Origin: Candidatus Woesearchaeota archaeon
Lineage (GTDB): Archaea > Nanobdellota > Nanobdellia > Woesearchaeales > UBA10216
Reading direction: 5' to 3'
Length of the DNA: 59,157 nucleotides
Assembly: GCA_016935265.1 (NCBI GenBank)
Contig: JAFGRH010000043.1
Location: forward strand, 1-59,157
Shown here: in pieces, positions 17,341 to 26,112 of the stretch
How the letters are laid out: each line of letters opens with the position of its first letter
Position numbering within the stretch: position 1 is the first letter of the stretch
The notes under the pieces: generated by a model
The model's input: only the letters and a program-made list of their open reading frames with translations
Told to the model about the DNA's origin: nothing
The model's database searches: none
Made by a program: the position numbers and the translations under genes

Positions 17341-18890
17341 CCGTTCTTTAGTATCCCCTCTGTTTTTGCGGCATAAAAAGCCAGCATAGGCTCCTCATGC
17401 CTCCCGAATCCATATTCACTAGCATACCCTTTTCTTAGCGCTCCGCGGCTTACAAGCTTATCAGCAGCACCTTGCAAAACTTCAGGCAGAGGGCCTTTGA
17501 GCTCTGGCGAAACATTAAGCCCTTTAGCATTTGCGTAATCCAAAATTTCTTCCGCAGGCCTGATCGCATCATCAATGCCAAAGCTGTCAAGCGCATTGTC
17601 TTTCACAACCCGTGCAAGCAAGTAAGTAGGGGTAACATTAACAAGCCCCCTTATCCTTCTTGTGATGTCATCCTGGGCGTTTCGCTTATTGAGCCCTGCG
17701 TATTCAGTCGGCTGTACAGGCTTTCCGAAAGTTAGGTAAACTTTTCCGTAAGCAGCGCCCTTGTCATCTCGCTTAAGGGCGAACATTGTTTCGAATGATG
17801 CAGCCCGCTTTGAAGGTTGGTGCGAGGCAAGTTCGCTGTCGTCAGGTATTACGTCGTGAGACTCTGCCACGGGTATTATGTACCTTGACTTGTCAACTAT
17901 AGCTCTTGTTATTATTGAGTTAAGCGCTTCTTCTTTGTCTCCTTTATCGCGCCCCCTGCCCATGTAAAGGGTTATGTTAGCGCCCTGGGAAAGTAAAGTC
18001 CCTACATACTCCTTCAAAAGAGTTAAGTAAAGCAGGGAGTCTTTTTTCATTGAAAAATCCCGCCTGATGAGGATTGCCCCTGCTCCTGTGACCATTGCCT
18101 TAAGCTTGTCAGAGTTCGCCTTAGCCTTAACGTCAAGTACGTTGCTGCCTGCTATGAAGTACATGTTGCTGTCCAGACCGAGCTTTCCGTATACATCCTT
18201 TGAAATCGGGACACCTGTATATGAAGGGTGGTTCTGGAGTATCACAACTCCTCCTCCGTGCAGGAGGTCAAGCACAGTCTCCCCGTTAACTTTCTCCTCA
18301 AGCCCGTCAACCTTTACATCAGAAAATGAGCCTTCCACAAAAGCCTCTGAAATTTCTCTTCCCCTTGAAACCATCTCAGGGTCAAGCGTCGCTTCCATGC
18401 TGCGGAAATACTTTCTTGCTTTGTCATTAAGCCTCATTATTTTTGCGTCGCGGTCAACATTTCTCGACACCATACCAAGGTACCTCTTTAGTCCCCTTGC
18501 CGCATAAGCAATGTTACTTACCTTGCCAAAGAAGATAGGGCCCTGCTTCTGCCGCTCCTCTTTTAAGTTATCCTTGCCGACTAAGAAGCTTCTGACTTGG
18601 TAGGGTGCGCGCGCGCTTATCTTTCTGAAATGCTCTACTGACTTGCTAATGAGTTCTTCTAGTCTGTAATAAGCAATTCGTGGATGTTCCCTTTCCTTCT
18701 TCGGGAAAATTTTCTCTGCTACGTGGTATTTTGCATGGATAAGATGTTCGCGAATGTATTCGAGAATCGGGTTTTTCCCGACCCAGTCAGATTTAGCAAG
18801 CCGCTCAATCGCGTCTTTAACTTCCGGGCTGTCAAGGACTATGTTCTCAAGGCTTGCGGGCTTTCGCTTCCGCGTTCTAAGAATGTCCAT
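17337..18890 (-). CDS. Glycerol-3-phosphate acyltransferase-like (PlsB/GPAT family) protein with a degenerate motif I.
   Basis: Blocks resemble the acyltransferase motifs. LQNHPSYTGVP is motif I with H present but the D of HX4D replaced by G. GAGAILIRRD is motif II. LYMGRGRDKGDK is motif III-like. YIIPVAESHDVI is motif IV. Confidence 0.5.
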   Translation of the reverse strand: MDILRTRKRKPASLENIVLDSPEVKDAIERLAKSDWVGKNPILEYIREHLIHAKYHVAEKIFPKKEREHPRIAYYRLEELISKSVEHFRKISARAPYQVRSFLVGKDNLKEERQKQGPIFFGKVSNIAYAARGLKRYLGMVSRNVDRDAKIMRLNDKARKYFRSMEATLDPEMVSRGREISEAFVEGSFSDVKVDGLEEKVNGETVLDLLHGGGVVILQNHPSYTGVPISKDVYGKLGLDSNMYFIAGSNVLDVKAKANSDKLKAMVTGAGAILIRRDFSMKKDSLLYLTLLKEYVGTLLSQGANITLYMGRGRDKGDKEEALNSIITRAIVDKSRYIIPVAESHDVIPDDSELASHQPSKRAASFETMFALKRDDKGAAYGKVYLTFGKPVQPTEYAGLNKRNAQDDITRRIRGLVNVTPTYLLARVVKDNALDSFGIDDAIRPAEEILDYANAKGLNVSPELKGPLPEVLQGAADKLVSRGALRKGYASEYGFGRHEEPMLAFYAAKTEGILKNG

Positions 18891-18924
18891 ATAACAAAAG
18901 GCAAAATAAGTCTATTAATAAATT

Positions 18925-19134
18925 TTATTTTTTGCTCTTGCTCGCCAGCTCCCTCGGGAATGTTGGGGTTATCGAAAGAACAGAGGCTATGAACATAAGC
19001 GCGAATACGAACGCAAATGAAAATCCCCACGAGAGGTCAAGCCTTCCTGAAGCTGTGTAGACAGCGGATATAAGAAAGCCCATTATGGACATCAGCATGA
19101 AAGTTCCCGGCAAAGGCGCTATTCTGTAAACCAT
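18925..19134 (-). CDS. Small membrane protein with 2 TM segments.
   Basis: ORF track; two hydrophobic segments. Confidence 0.35.
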   Translation of the reverse strand: MVYRIAPLPGTFMLMSIMGFLISAVYTASGRLDLSWGFSFAFVFALMFIASVLSITPTFPRELASKSKK

Positions 19135-19162
19135 ATAATCACCTCTTTAGTCAATCCGCCAA

Positions 19163-20098
19163 TTACTTTTTATAAATCTTTCCAAGAAGCATACCTAGCA
19201 GGGCTTCCCTAACAAACAGGCCGTTGTGAGCCTGCTGGAAGTATATGCTCTGGGCATATTTGTCAAGCTCAGGGTCTATCTCATCAACCCTCGGCAGGGG
19301 GTGCAGTATCTTAAGGTCTTTCTTGGCGTGGTTCAGGAAGTCTGCCTTCAGCTTGTAAATCCCCTTGACTTTTGCATAGTCCTCAGGGTTCATAAAGCGC
19401 TCCTTCTGTATTCTCGTGACATAGAGAACGTCAAGCTGCTTGCTCACCTTGAGCAGGTCCTCATCTTCCTCGTACTCAACATTTTTTGCTCTGAGCTCTT
19501 TTAGGTGCTCCTCAGGCATAGAGAGGGTTTTCGGCGATATGAAGTAGAACTTGGGGTTAAAGTACGAAAGTGCAGAAGCCAGCGAGTGCACGGTCCTCCC
19601 GTACTTGAGGTCCCCCAAAAAGCCGACCTTAAGCCCGTCAATTTTGCCAAAGGTCTTCTTTATCGTGTAGAGGTCCGTGAATGTCTGTGTTGGGTGCTCG
19701 TGCGCACCATCCCCGCAGTTTATTACCGGCTTTGCGGTTGCGTCAGCAGCAACTTTCGCGCTTCCGACCTCAGGGTGCCTTACTGCTATTATGTCGCAGT
19801 AGCCGTCGACCATCTTTATGGTATCATATAGAGTCTCCCCTTTTGCCATGGATGATGTAGACTTCGGGTTTGAAAGCGCTATAAACTGCCCCCCAAGCCT
19901 AAGCATCGCAGCCTGAAAGCTGAACCTGGTCCTCGTAGAAGGCTCAAAGAAGAGTGTTGCTAATATGTACCCCTTAAGCGCCTCCCTATACTTTTGGTTG
20001 TTTTTCTCAACCTCTGCCGCAGTGTCAAGTACCTCTAAAATATCCTGTTTAGAGAAGTCATTTATAGAAATAACATCGCGGTTTTTGAATCCCATCAA
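19163..20098 (-). CDS. pyrB: Aspartate carbamoyltransferase catalytic subunit.
   Basis: FFEPSTRTRFSF, GDG.HEHPTQ, RIQKERF and HPLPRVDEI. Confidence 0.9.
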   Translation of the reverse strand: MMGFKNRDVISINDFSKQDILEVLDTAAEVEKNNQKYREALKGYILATLFFEPSTRTRFSFQAAMLRLGGQFIALSNPKSTSSMAKGETLYDTIKMVDGYCDIIAVRHPEVGSAKVAADATAKPVINCGDGAHEHPTQTFTDLYTIKKTFGKIDGLKVGFLGDLKYGRTVHSLASALSYFNPKFYFISPKTLSMPEEHLKELRAKNVEYEEDEDLLKVSKQLDVLYVTRIQKERFMNPEDYAKVKGIYKLKADFLNHAKKDLKILHPLPRVDEIDPELDKYAQSIYFQQAHNGLFVREALLGMLLGKIYKK

Positions 20099-20120
20099 AA
20101 ATTAGTGTAAGCTTAGGGTC

Positions 20121-21296
20121 TTATTTAAGGTTTTTCTTTACATTCCTGTAAGCTTTCCTGAACGGCATACCCGTCTCAACAAGCCTGTACGCCTTCTCTG
20201 TGGCAAAAAGCTCAGGAGTCATCGCGTCCCTGCAGCGCTTCTCGTTTACTTCAATACAGTCAGCGACTATTGCCATAACCCTGATGCACTCCTCAGCAGT
20301 TTCAAGCCCTTTTATGAGCGGCTCTTTTGTCAGGCGGAAGTTCGCGCTGTAGCCTGAAGGAAGATTCGTTATAAGCGCAGCTATCTGGCTGCCGTAGCTG
20401 CTGAAAATCGCAGCTTTTGCCCGCATTATCTCGAGCACGTCAGGGTTTTTCTTCTGCGGCATCATGCTGCTTCCGTGGCATATCTCTTCAGGCAGGCTTA
20501 TGTAGCCAAATTCTTCTGTTGAGAAAACAAGCATGTCCGTTGCCATCTTACTGATGTCAATCATTACCTGCTCAAGCGAGTGCAGCATGAGCAGCTCGAA
20601 CTTTCCCCTGCTGTTCTGAACGTAGATTGGATTTTGCTGTGTTTTTTCGAAGCCAAGCAGCCTTCTGGTCAGTTCCCTGTCAACCTTCATCGGAACTCCG
20701 TAGCCGGCACCCGTTCCGAGAGGGTTCTGGTTAATCATCTTCTTTGCTGACTTTATCATAACTATGTCGTCCTGCAGCGCCTCTTTGAGCGAGTCCAGCC
20801 ACATTGAAACAGCAGAAGGCATTGCCTTTCTCATGTGCGTATAGCCGGGCATCGGAATGCCATTGTACTTCCTAGATGTTTTATCCAGCACTTCTATCAG
20901 GCGCTTGGAGGAAGAAATTATTTTCTCAAGTCCTTCCCTTACGTAGAGCCTTTCAGCTGCAAGCGCTTGGTCGTTTCTGCTTCTTGCTGTGTGTATCTTC
21001 CTGCCTGCGTCACCCGTTTTTTCTATCAGATAGTTCTCAATTGCGGTATGAGAGTCCTCCTCTTCTGGCTTTATCAGGAATTCGCCATTTTCGTCCAGTT
21101 CTAGTATGCTTTCCAGCGCCTGCTGCAGCTTTTTGTTTTCTCCTGCCGTCAGGATGCCTGTCTTCTCCAGCATCTCAGCATGCGCCATGCTGGCAATCAC
21201 ATCGTACTTCAGCAGCTTCTGGTCAAGGGCAGTCTCTCCGCTGAGCACAAATCTGTCGACTTCAGCGTTTACATCGCAGTCCGTCCAGAGCTTCAT
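20121..21296 (-). CDS. argH: Argininosuccinate lyase-like (fumarate lyase superfamily), short form.
   Basis: MKLW.. N-terminus, TARSRNDQ, and the signature GSSMMPQKKNPD. At 391 aa it is shorter than typical ArgH. Confidence 0.75.
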   Translation of the reverse strand: MKLWTDCDVNAEVDRFVLSGETALDQKLLKYDVIASMAHAEMLEKTGILTAGENKKLQQALESILELDENGEFLIKPEEEDSHTAIENYLIEKTGDAGRKIHTARSRNDQALAAERLYVREGLEKIISSSKRLIEVLDKTSRKYNGIPMPGYTHMRKAMPSAVSMWLDSLKEALQDDIVMIKSAKKMINQNPLGTGAGYGVPMKVDRELTRRLLGFEKTQQNPIYVQNSRGKFELLMLHSLEQVMIDISKMATDMLVFSTEEFGYISLPEEICHGSSMMPQKKNPDVLEIMRAKAAIFSSYGSQIAALITNLPSGYSANFRLTKEPLIKGLETAEECIRVMAIVADCIEVNEKRCRDAMTPELFATEKAYRLVETGMPFRKAYRNVKKNLK

Positions 21297-21297
21297 T

Positions 21298-22077
21298 TCA
21301 GCCTTGCCTCACGATTTTAGTCCCCCTTTCCTGCCCGCACAGCGCAGACGCTAAGCCGTATATATTGAGCACCCTTGCCATGCTCCCACCATTGTTCAGA
21401 AAATAATCAATGCTTGCCCTCTTCGGCAGCATCCCGCCTTCAAGCTCCATTGAATTAAGCTCAGCCAGAGTCATTTTTGGTATTACTGAGTCCTGCTTGC
21501 TCGGGTCTCTGAGTATGCCTGCTTCCTTTATGATCACTAAATAATTGGGTGATCTCAGCGTTGCAGCTACAAAGCCTGCTGCAATATCGGCGTTTATGTT
21601 GAAAAGTTCGCCTTTCCCGCTTCCGATACAGGATATGATAATCATTCTTCCTTCCTTCTCAAGCAGTTCCAGGCATTCTTGGTTTACTCCAGTTGGAACC
21701 CCAACACTTCCACCGTACTTTTCGCCCATGCTTTCGGCAGCGATTAGCTCGCTCCCTTTCATCCCAAAGCATTTTTTGCCGTAGCCTTTTATTGTTTGCA
21801 CAAGCCGCGAATTCAGGTCGCGGTATGCCCTCTCGACAAACGGCATCATTTCAGGAGTAGTGAACCGATAGCCGTCAACAAATTTCGTCTCAAACCCTGC
21901 TTTTTCAAGCGCAGAACTCGCCTGTTCTTTTCCCCCGTGGAAAACCAGAAGCGTTTTTCCTGTGTTTTTCGCCAGCACAAGAGCAAGGCCGGTTTCGCTT
22001 ATCCCGCGGCTTATGGCGCTGCCTCTCAGCTTTATCACAGCTGAATTTTTTAGCCTTTCCTCAAGTCCCTGAATCAT
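21298..22077 (-). CDS. argB: Amino-acid kinase family protein (acetylglutamate kinase/LysZ-like).
   Basis: VIKLRGSAIS, LVFHGGKEQ and NINADIAAG resemble ArgB blocks. Adjacent to argH. Confidence 0.55.
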   Translation of the reverse strand: MIQGLEERLKNSAVIKLRGSAISRGISETGLALVLAKNTGKTLLVFHGGKEQASSALEKAGFETKFVDGYRFTTPEMMPFVERAYRDLNSRLVQTIKGYGKKCFGMKGSELIAAESMGEKYGGSVGVPTGVNQECLELLEKEGRMIIISCIGSGKGELFNINADIAAGFVAATLRSPNYLVIIKEAGILRDPSKQDSVIPKMTLAELNSMELEGGMLPKRASIDYFLNNGGSMARVLNIYGLASALCGQERGTKIVRQG

Positions 22078-22187
22078 ATTTTAAGATATTAATCTGCGCT
22101 TAAAAGCATATTGACCTGATTCAGACAAAATTGGACTAAAATGTCCGAAAAGAAACATTTATAAATCGGCGGGCTTAGCCAGAGCAT

Positions 22188-22817
22188 ATGAACATAACAA
22201 AACTTGTAGAGGGCTACATCTCTTCCCATCCGAGCATCAAGGACAGCCTTATTAAGGGTCTTGTCAATTATTCTTCCCTCTCAAGGCTCATAATGAAGGA
22301 ACTTAAGCTGGAAAGCAAAAGCTTTGACGCAGTCCTTATTGCCTGCAGGCGCCATCAAGAGAGGCTGAAGGCTGACGAGCTCCATGAAGAAAAAATCATT
22401 AGCATAATAAGAAAGAGCAAGCTTGAGATAAAAAACAAGATAGTAGTTGCCGTAGTTCAGAAAGACTATATTTACTCTTTGGTTAATGAGCTTGGAAAGT
22501 CGGCAAAGCGCGTTTCTGAGCCTTTCTACGCGATAGAAGGAAGTGATGTTATAACTATGGTTACTTCCGAAGCCCTTTTAGGGAAGGTTAAGGATAATTT
22601 TGGAACTCACATCTTAAGGCTCAGCAAAGACCTTGCGCTCGTTACGATAAGAAGCCCGAAAGAGCTGGAAAAAACTTCAGGGGTTTTTTCTGTGCTGGCC
22701 GGCACTCTCGCCGAGAGGGGCATCAATGTACTGGAAACAATGAGCTGCTGGACAGACACGCTTTTTGTAGTTGAAGATAAAGATGTCTCAGCTCTCATAG
22801 ACGCCTTTAAGCTGTAA
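22188..22817 (+). CDS. Hypothetical protein, possibly with a C-terminal ACT-like domain.
   Basis: ORF track. TATA ACATTTATAAATC lies upstream. The family assignment is weak. Confidence 0.4.
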   Translation: MNITKLVEGYISSHPSIKDSLIKGLVNYSSLSRLIMKELKLESKSFDAVLIACRRHQERLKADELHEEKIISIIRKSKLEIKNKIVVAVVQKDYIYSLVNELGKSAKRVSEPFYAIEGSDVITMVTSEALLGKVKDNFGTHILRLSKDLALVTIRSPKELEKTSGVFSVLAGTLAERGINVLETMSCWTDTLFVVEDKDVSALIDAFKL

Positions 22818-22827
22818 GAGCGATAAC

Positions 22828-22998
22828 TTATTTCCCCATTGTTTCCCTTATCTCGCGGTACTGCTTGTACTTCTCAGGGCTCATGCTTAGCTTTTCCATC
22901 TCTGCAATGCACTTCTCGCAGTAAAGTGGGGAGTCAGGTCCTATCCCGATAAGGTCTGCCCCGCATATCTCGCATTTCTCGAAGTCCTTTTCGTTCAT
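22828..22998 (-). CDS. 56-aa zinc-ribbon protein.
   Basis: Below the ORF-track cutoff. My translation is MNEKDFEKCEICGADLIGIGPDSPLYCEKCIAEMEKLSMSPEKYKQYREIRETMGK, with CxxC..CxxC. Confidence 0.45.
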   Translation of the reverse strand: MNEKDFEKCEICGADLIGIGPDSPLYCEKCIAEMEKLSMSPEKYKQYREIRETMGK

Positions 22999-23074
22999 GC
23001 CCTTTCCTTTGTTAATCTATTATAAAAAGTTTGCTTTCAAAACGTTTTTAAATCCCTTAAGCAAAAAACACTTG

Positions 23075-23890
23075 ATGGCAAAAAGGGTTAAGGTGAGGGG
23101 CATTGAGATAAGAGAGATAGAGCTTCTTGACCTTGAAAAAAACCTCAGCAGAGAAGCAGAGAAAAATCTCGATATCCTTATCAAAAAGGCAAAGGAAGTG
23201 CTTGAGCAAATACAGGACCTTTACCACGTAAGGAATTCACTTATAAACAACATATTAAAGCCAGAGAAAGACGTAGCGGGAGAGCTCAGAAAGTTCGCTG
23301 AAGAGCTGGCTGCCTTTGACAGCTTAGTTAAGAAGGACAGAGAGGAAATTGTGCGGCTTGCAGACATGTCCGCAAGGCTGATGGAATTTATTTCAGAGTC
23401 AGATAACCAGTTAAAGTATGAGCAGCTTGGGAAAAGCATGAACCCCTTCAGTATTTTTAGGATTAAACTCGCAAATAAGGTAAGAAGCTATGATAGGAAT
23501 GAACGTAAACAGACAAAGGAAAAGCAGGAGTCCCTCGCGAAAATAGCCAGCGAGCTACAGGTTTGCGGGAATGACCTTGTTATCGCAATCCAGAGCCTTC
23601 AGAAGGCAGCTTACCTTTACAGCGAGACACAGAAATATTTCAGGCACTCATTCAGGAAAATTTCCCTTCTTTCTGAAAGGGAGCGGGAAGTCCTCTCACA
23701 ATGCCTTGAAGTTACGGGGCAAAATGCCAAAGTCGCCAAGGCGCACCTCACAAGCTCAATTAAACTGCTCTCTGAAGCGAAAGCAAGTCTGGACGGCTTC
23801 AAGAAGTACCTTAAGATATGCAGGGAGGAAAGCGAAAAGAGGTTTGCCTACGAGAAAAAAGCTGAACAAGCTTACGGAAGGGCTTTTTAG
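23075..23890 (+). CDS. Coiled-coil protein, function unknown.
   Basis: I place the start at MAKRVKVRG (23075), with TATA GTTTTTAAATCC about 25 nt upstream. The ORF-track start 22997 would overlap the zinc-ribbon gene. Confidence 0.45.
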   Translation: MAKRVKVRGIEIREIELLDLEKNLSREAEKNLDILIKKAKEVLEQIQDLYHVRNSLINNILKPEKDVAGELRKFAEELAAFDSLVKKDREEIVRLADMSARLMEFISESDNQLKYEQLGKSMNPFSIFRIKLANKVRSYDRNERKQTKEKQESLAKIASELQVCGNDLVIAIQSLQKAAYLYSETQKYFRHSFRKISLLSEREREVLSQCLEVTGQNAKVAKAHLTSSIKLLSEAKASLDGFKKYLKICREESEKRFAYEKKAEQAYGRAF

Positions 23891-23927
23891 GATAATTTTA
23901 AATAAAAGCCTTTACGCCTTTTTTTCT

Positions 23928-24827
23928 ATGGTTGACTTGGCGATAGTTGGCTCAGTTGCCCTGGATTCTGTAAGGACGCCTTTCGGTGAGGTAAAGGATG
24001 CCTTAGGCGGAGCTGCGACTTACTCCAGCTATGCAGCATCTTTTTTCTGCAAGCCCGGAATTGTTGCCGTTGTTGGCGAGGACTTTCCCAAGAAGTACCT
24101 TGATACGCTTAAGAAGCGCGGCATTGACATATCAGGCGTTAAGATAGGGGGCAAGACATTCAAGTGGGAGGGGCTTTACGAGTATGATATGAACGAGGCT
24201 AAGACTCTGCGTACAGAGCTTGGCTCTTTCGCCTCTTTCCAGCCGGTGCTGCCTGAAAGCTACAAAGAGGCAGAGTATGTTTTTCTCGCAAACATTGACC
24301 CTGAGCTGCAGTTAGCGGTGCTTGAGCAGGTTAAAAATCCAAAACTTGTTGCCATGGACACCATGAACTTCTGGATTGAGAACAAGAAAGAAGAGCTGCT
24401 TAAGGTTCTTAAGAAAGTTGACATACTTCTCATCAACGATGCAGAGGCGAGGGAGCTTTTCAAGACCCCAAACCTGGTCAAGGCAGCTAACTCAGCCATA
24501 AAGCTGGGGCCGAAAGCTGTAATAATAAAAAAAGGAGAGCACGGCGCACTGCTTTTCATGGACGGCAAACACTTCTCAGCTCCTGGTTACCCTCTCGAGA
24601 GCCTTGTTGACCCTACCGGGGCAGGGGACAGCTTTGCAGGGGCTTTGATGGGCTACATAGCAAAGACCCGTGACCCTTCCGAGAAGAACATAAGGAGAGC
24701 GATAATTTACGGCAGCGTTGTAGCAAGCTTTGACGCAGAGGGCTTCAGCCTAGCGAGAATGACGAGCATAAACATGGGCGACATAGAAAAGCGCTATTCA
24801 GAGTTCCATGGAATATGTGAGTTTTAG
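23928..24827 (+). CDS. PfkB-family carbohydrate/nucleoside kinase.
   Basis: I place the start at MVDLAIVGSVALD. Signature DPTGAGDSFAGALMGYI. The ORF-track start 23571 is an upstream in-frame extension that overlaps the previous gene. Confidence 0.85.
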   Translation: MVDLAIVGSVALDSVRTPFGEVKDALGGAATYSSYAASFFCKPGIVAVVGEDFPKKYLDTLKKRGIDISGVKIGGKTFKWEGLYEYDMNEAKTLRTELGSFASFQPVLPESYKEAEYVFLANIDPELQLAVLEQVKNPKLVAMDTMNFWIENKKEELLKVLKKVDILLINDAEARELFKTPNLVKAANSAIKLGPKAVIIKKGEHGALLFMDGKHFSAPGYPLESLVDPTGAGDSFAGALMGYIAKTRDPSEKNIRRAIIYGSVVASFDAEGFSLARMTSINMGDIEKRYSEFHGICEF

Positions 24828-24840
24828 CTGTGGTTCTATG

Positions 24841-25335
24841 CTACCTTTTCCGCTTAACTATGTCAACCGCAACCAAAATCCCGACAAGAACAATAACGCC
24901 CAATATGATCAAAAAATACATTTTAACCTGCCCGCTCCCGCTGCCTGTAACGTGAAAGCTCGCTTCAACCTCCTCGCTAAGGCTCTCGTAATCCGCTATT
25001 TTGACCCTTATGATGTGCATCCCTGATTCAGCGCTTTCCGGAATAACAATAAAGTCCATGAAGCTGGCTTGGGTTTCAATGGCCTTCAGTACCTTTGACT
25101 GGGCGATAATCTCCCCTTCCTTCAGAATCTCGTAGTCCAGCTTGAGGTCTTTTCTTGAAGGGTTTTCTGGGTATTTCACTTCTATCTCAAAGTAGAGCCT
25201 CTCGCCAGCAGTAACATCAGTATATTTCTCAGGGACGTGGACAGCAATGCTTAGCGCTGAAGCGGGAACTGCCAAGATAATGAAATTAATTAAGGCGAAT
25301 CCAAGCAAAATTAATTGGGATTTTTTCATCTTCAC
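24841..25335 (-). CDS. Secreted protein with a C-terminal TM anchor.
   Basis: Signal peptide MKMKKSQLILLGFALINFIILAVPASA. C-terminal FLIILGVIVLVGILVAV. Confidence 0.45.
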   Translation of the reverse strand: MKMKKSQLILLGFALINFIILAVPASALSIAVHVPEKYTDVTAGERLYFEIEVKYPENPSRKDLKLDYEILKEGEIIAQSKVLKAIETQASFMDFIVIPESAESGMHIIRVKIADYESLSEEVEASFHVTGSGSGQVKMYFLIILGVIVLVGILVAVDIVKRKR

Positions 25336-25355
25336 GCTCTTATAAAAGGGCTTTA

Positions 25356-25853
25356 TTAGGCTTTTGAATTTCCTCTTTTTAATTCTTTCTTCTCTGAGGT
25401 ATTCACTAAAAAAGTAACTATGAAAAAGTAGTGCACCACGATTACTGCAACGAATAAGAGTATTATTACTATCTCATAGCCAGACTCAATAAATAACTTA
25501 AATACCGCTCTTAAAGTAAGGATGCTTGTCCCGATTATGACATCAGCAAAAAAAAGTTTTTTATTTATGAACTTCCAGACTCTTATAGAGTTCCATATGA
25601 AGATTACTTGGGCCAATATGACGATAGCGGCAGTAATTTTCATTATGGCTGGCGTTTTAACCAAGACGAACGTCTGATAACTGTCAGAAAAACTGGCAAT
25701 TATAAGGAGGAGAAATCCGGCAGCGTAAGGGAGAAGCCCCTTTCTATTACTCTTTCTTCTAAGACATTCAATAACCAAGACACTCACGAGCATAAGTAAA
25801 ACAATGGACTGAACCAGATAATTGCTTACTGCCAAGCCTTCAATTATTTCCAT
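25356..25853 (-). CDS. Multi-pass membrane protein.
   Basis: ORF track; about 5 hydrophobic segments. Confidence 0.45.
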   Translation of the reverse strand: MEIIEGLAVSNYLVQSIVLLMLVSVLVIECLRRKSNRKGLLPYAAGFLLLIIASFSDSYQTFVLVKTPAIMKITAAIVILAQVIFIWNSIRVWKFINKKLFFADVIIGTSILTLRAVFKLFIESGYEIVIILLFVAVIVVHYFFIVTFLVNTSEKKELKRGNSKA

Positions 25854-26112
25854 GATTCCCTCTCCTTAGTCTTATAAGCACAGCTAAAAATATGATTGCC
25901 CAGGCTAATTCCAATACAAACCACGCTTTTTGGTCAAAAACTCCGTAAAAGCTCAAAGCTGAACTAAAGCAGAGTAAAATTCCTGCAAAAAAGAAAGGAG
26001 AAAAATCAGCAGCCTTTCCGGAGCGGAGCATATGGTTAAGGGTAATCCAGAACAAAATAATTGCCGTAATCAGCATGGATGCTGCAAAAACCACATCTCC
26101 CGCCGAAATCAT
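25840..26112 (-). CDS. Small multi-pass membrane protein.
   Basis: ORF track. Three hydrophobic segments. Overlaps both neighbours. Confidence 0.4.
   Translation of the reverse strand: MISAGDVVFAASMLITAIILFWITLNHMLRSGKAADFSPFFFAGILLCFSSALSFYGVFDQKAWFVLELAWAIIFLAVLIRLRRGNHGNN

Noticed and set aside
23571-23927. The upstream part of ORF 23571..24827, suggesting a 418-aa kinase.
   Set aside because: It overlaps the 3' third of the coiled-coil gene in another frame. The PfkB domain starts at MVDLAIVGS (23928), preceded by an A/T-rich promoter.
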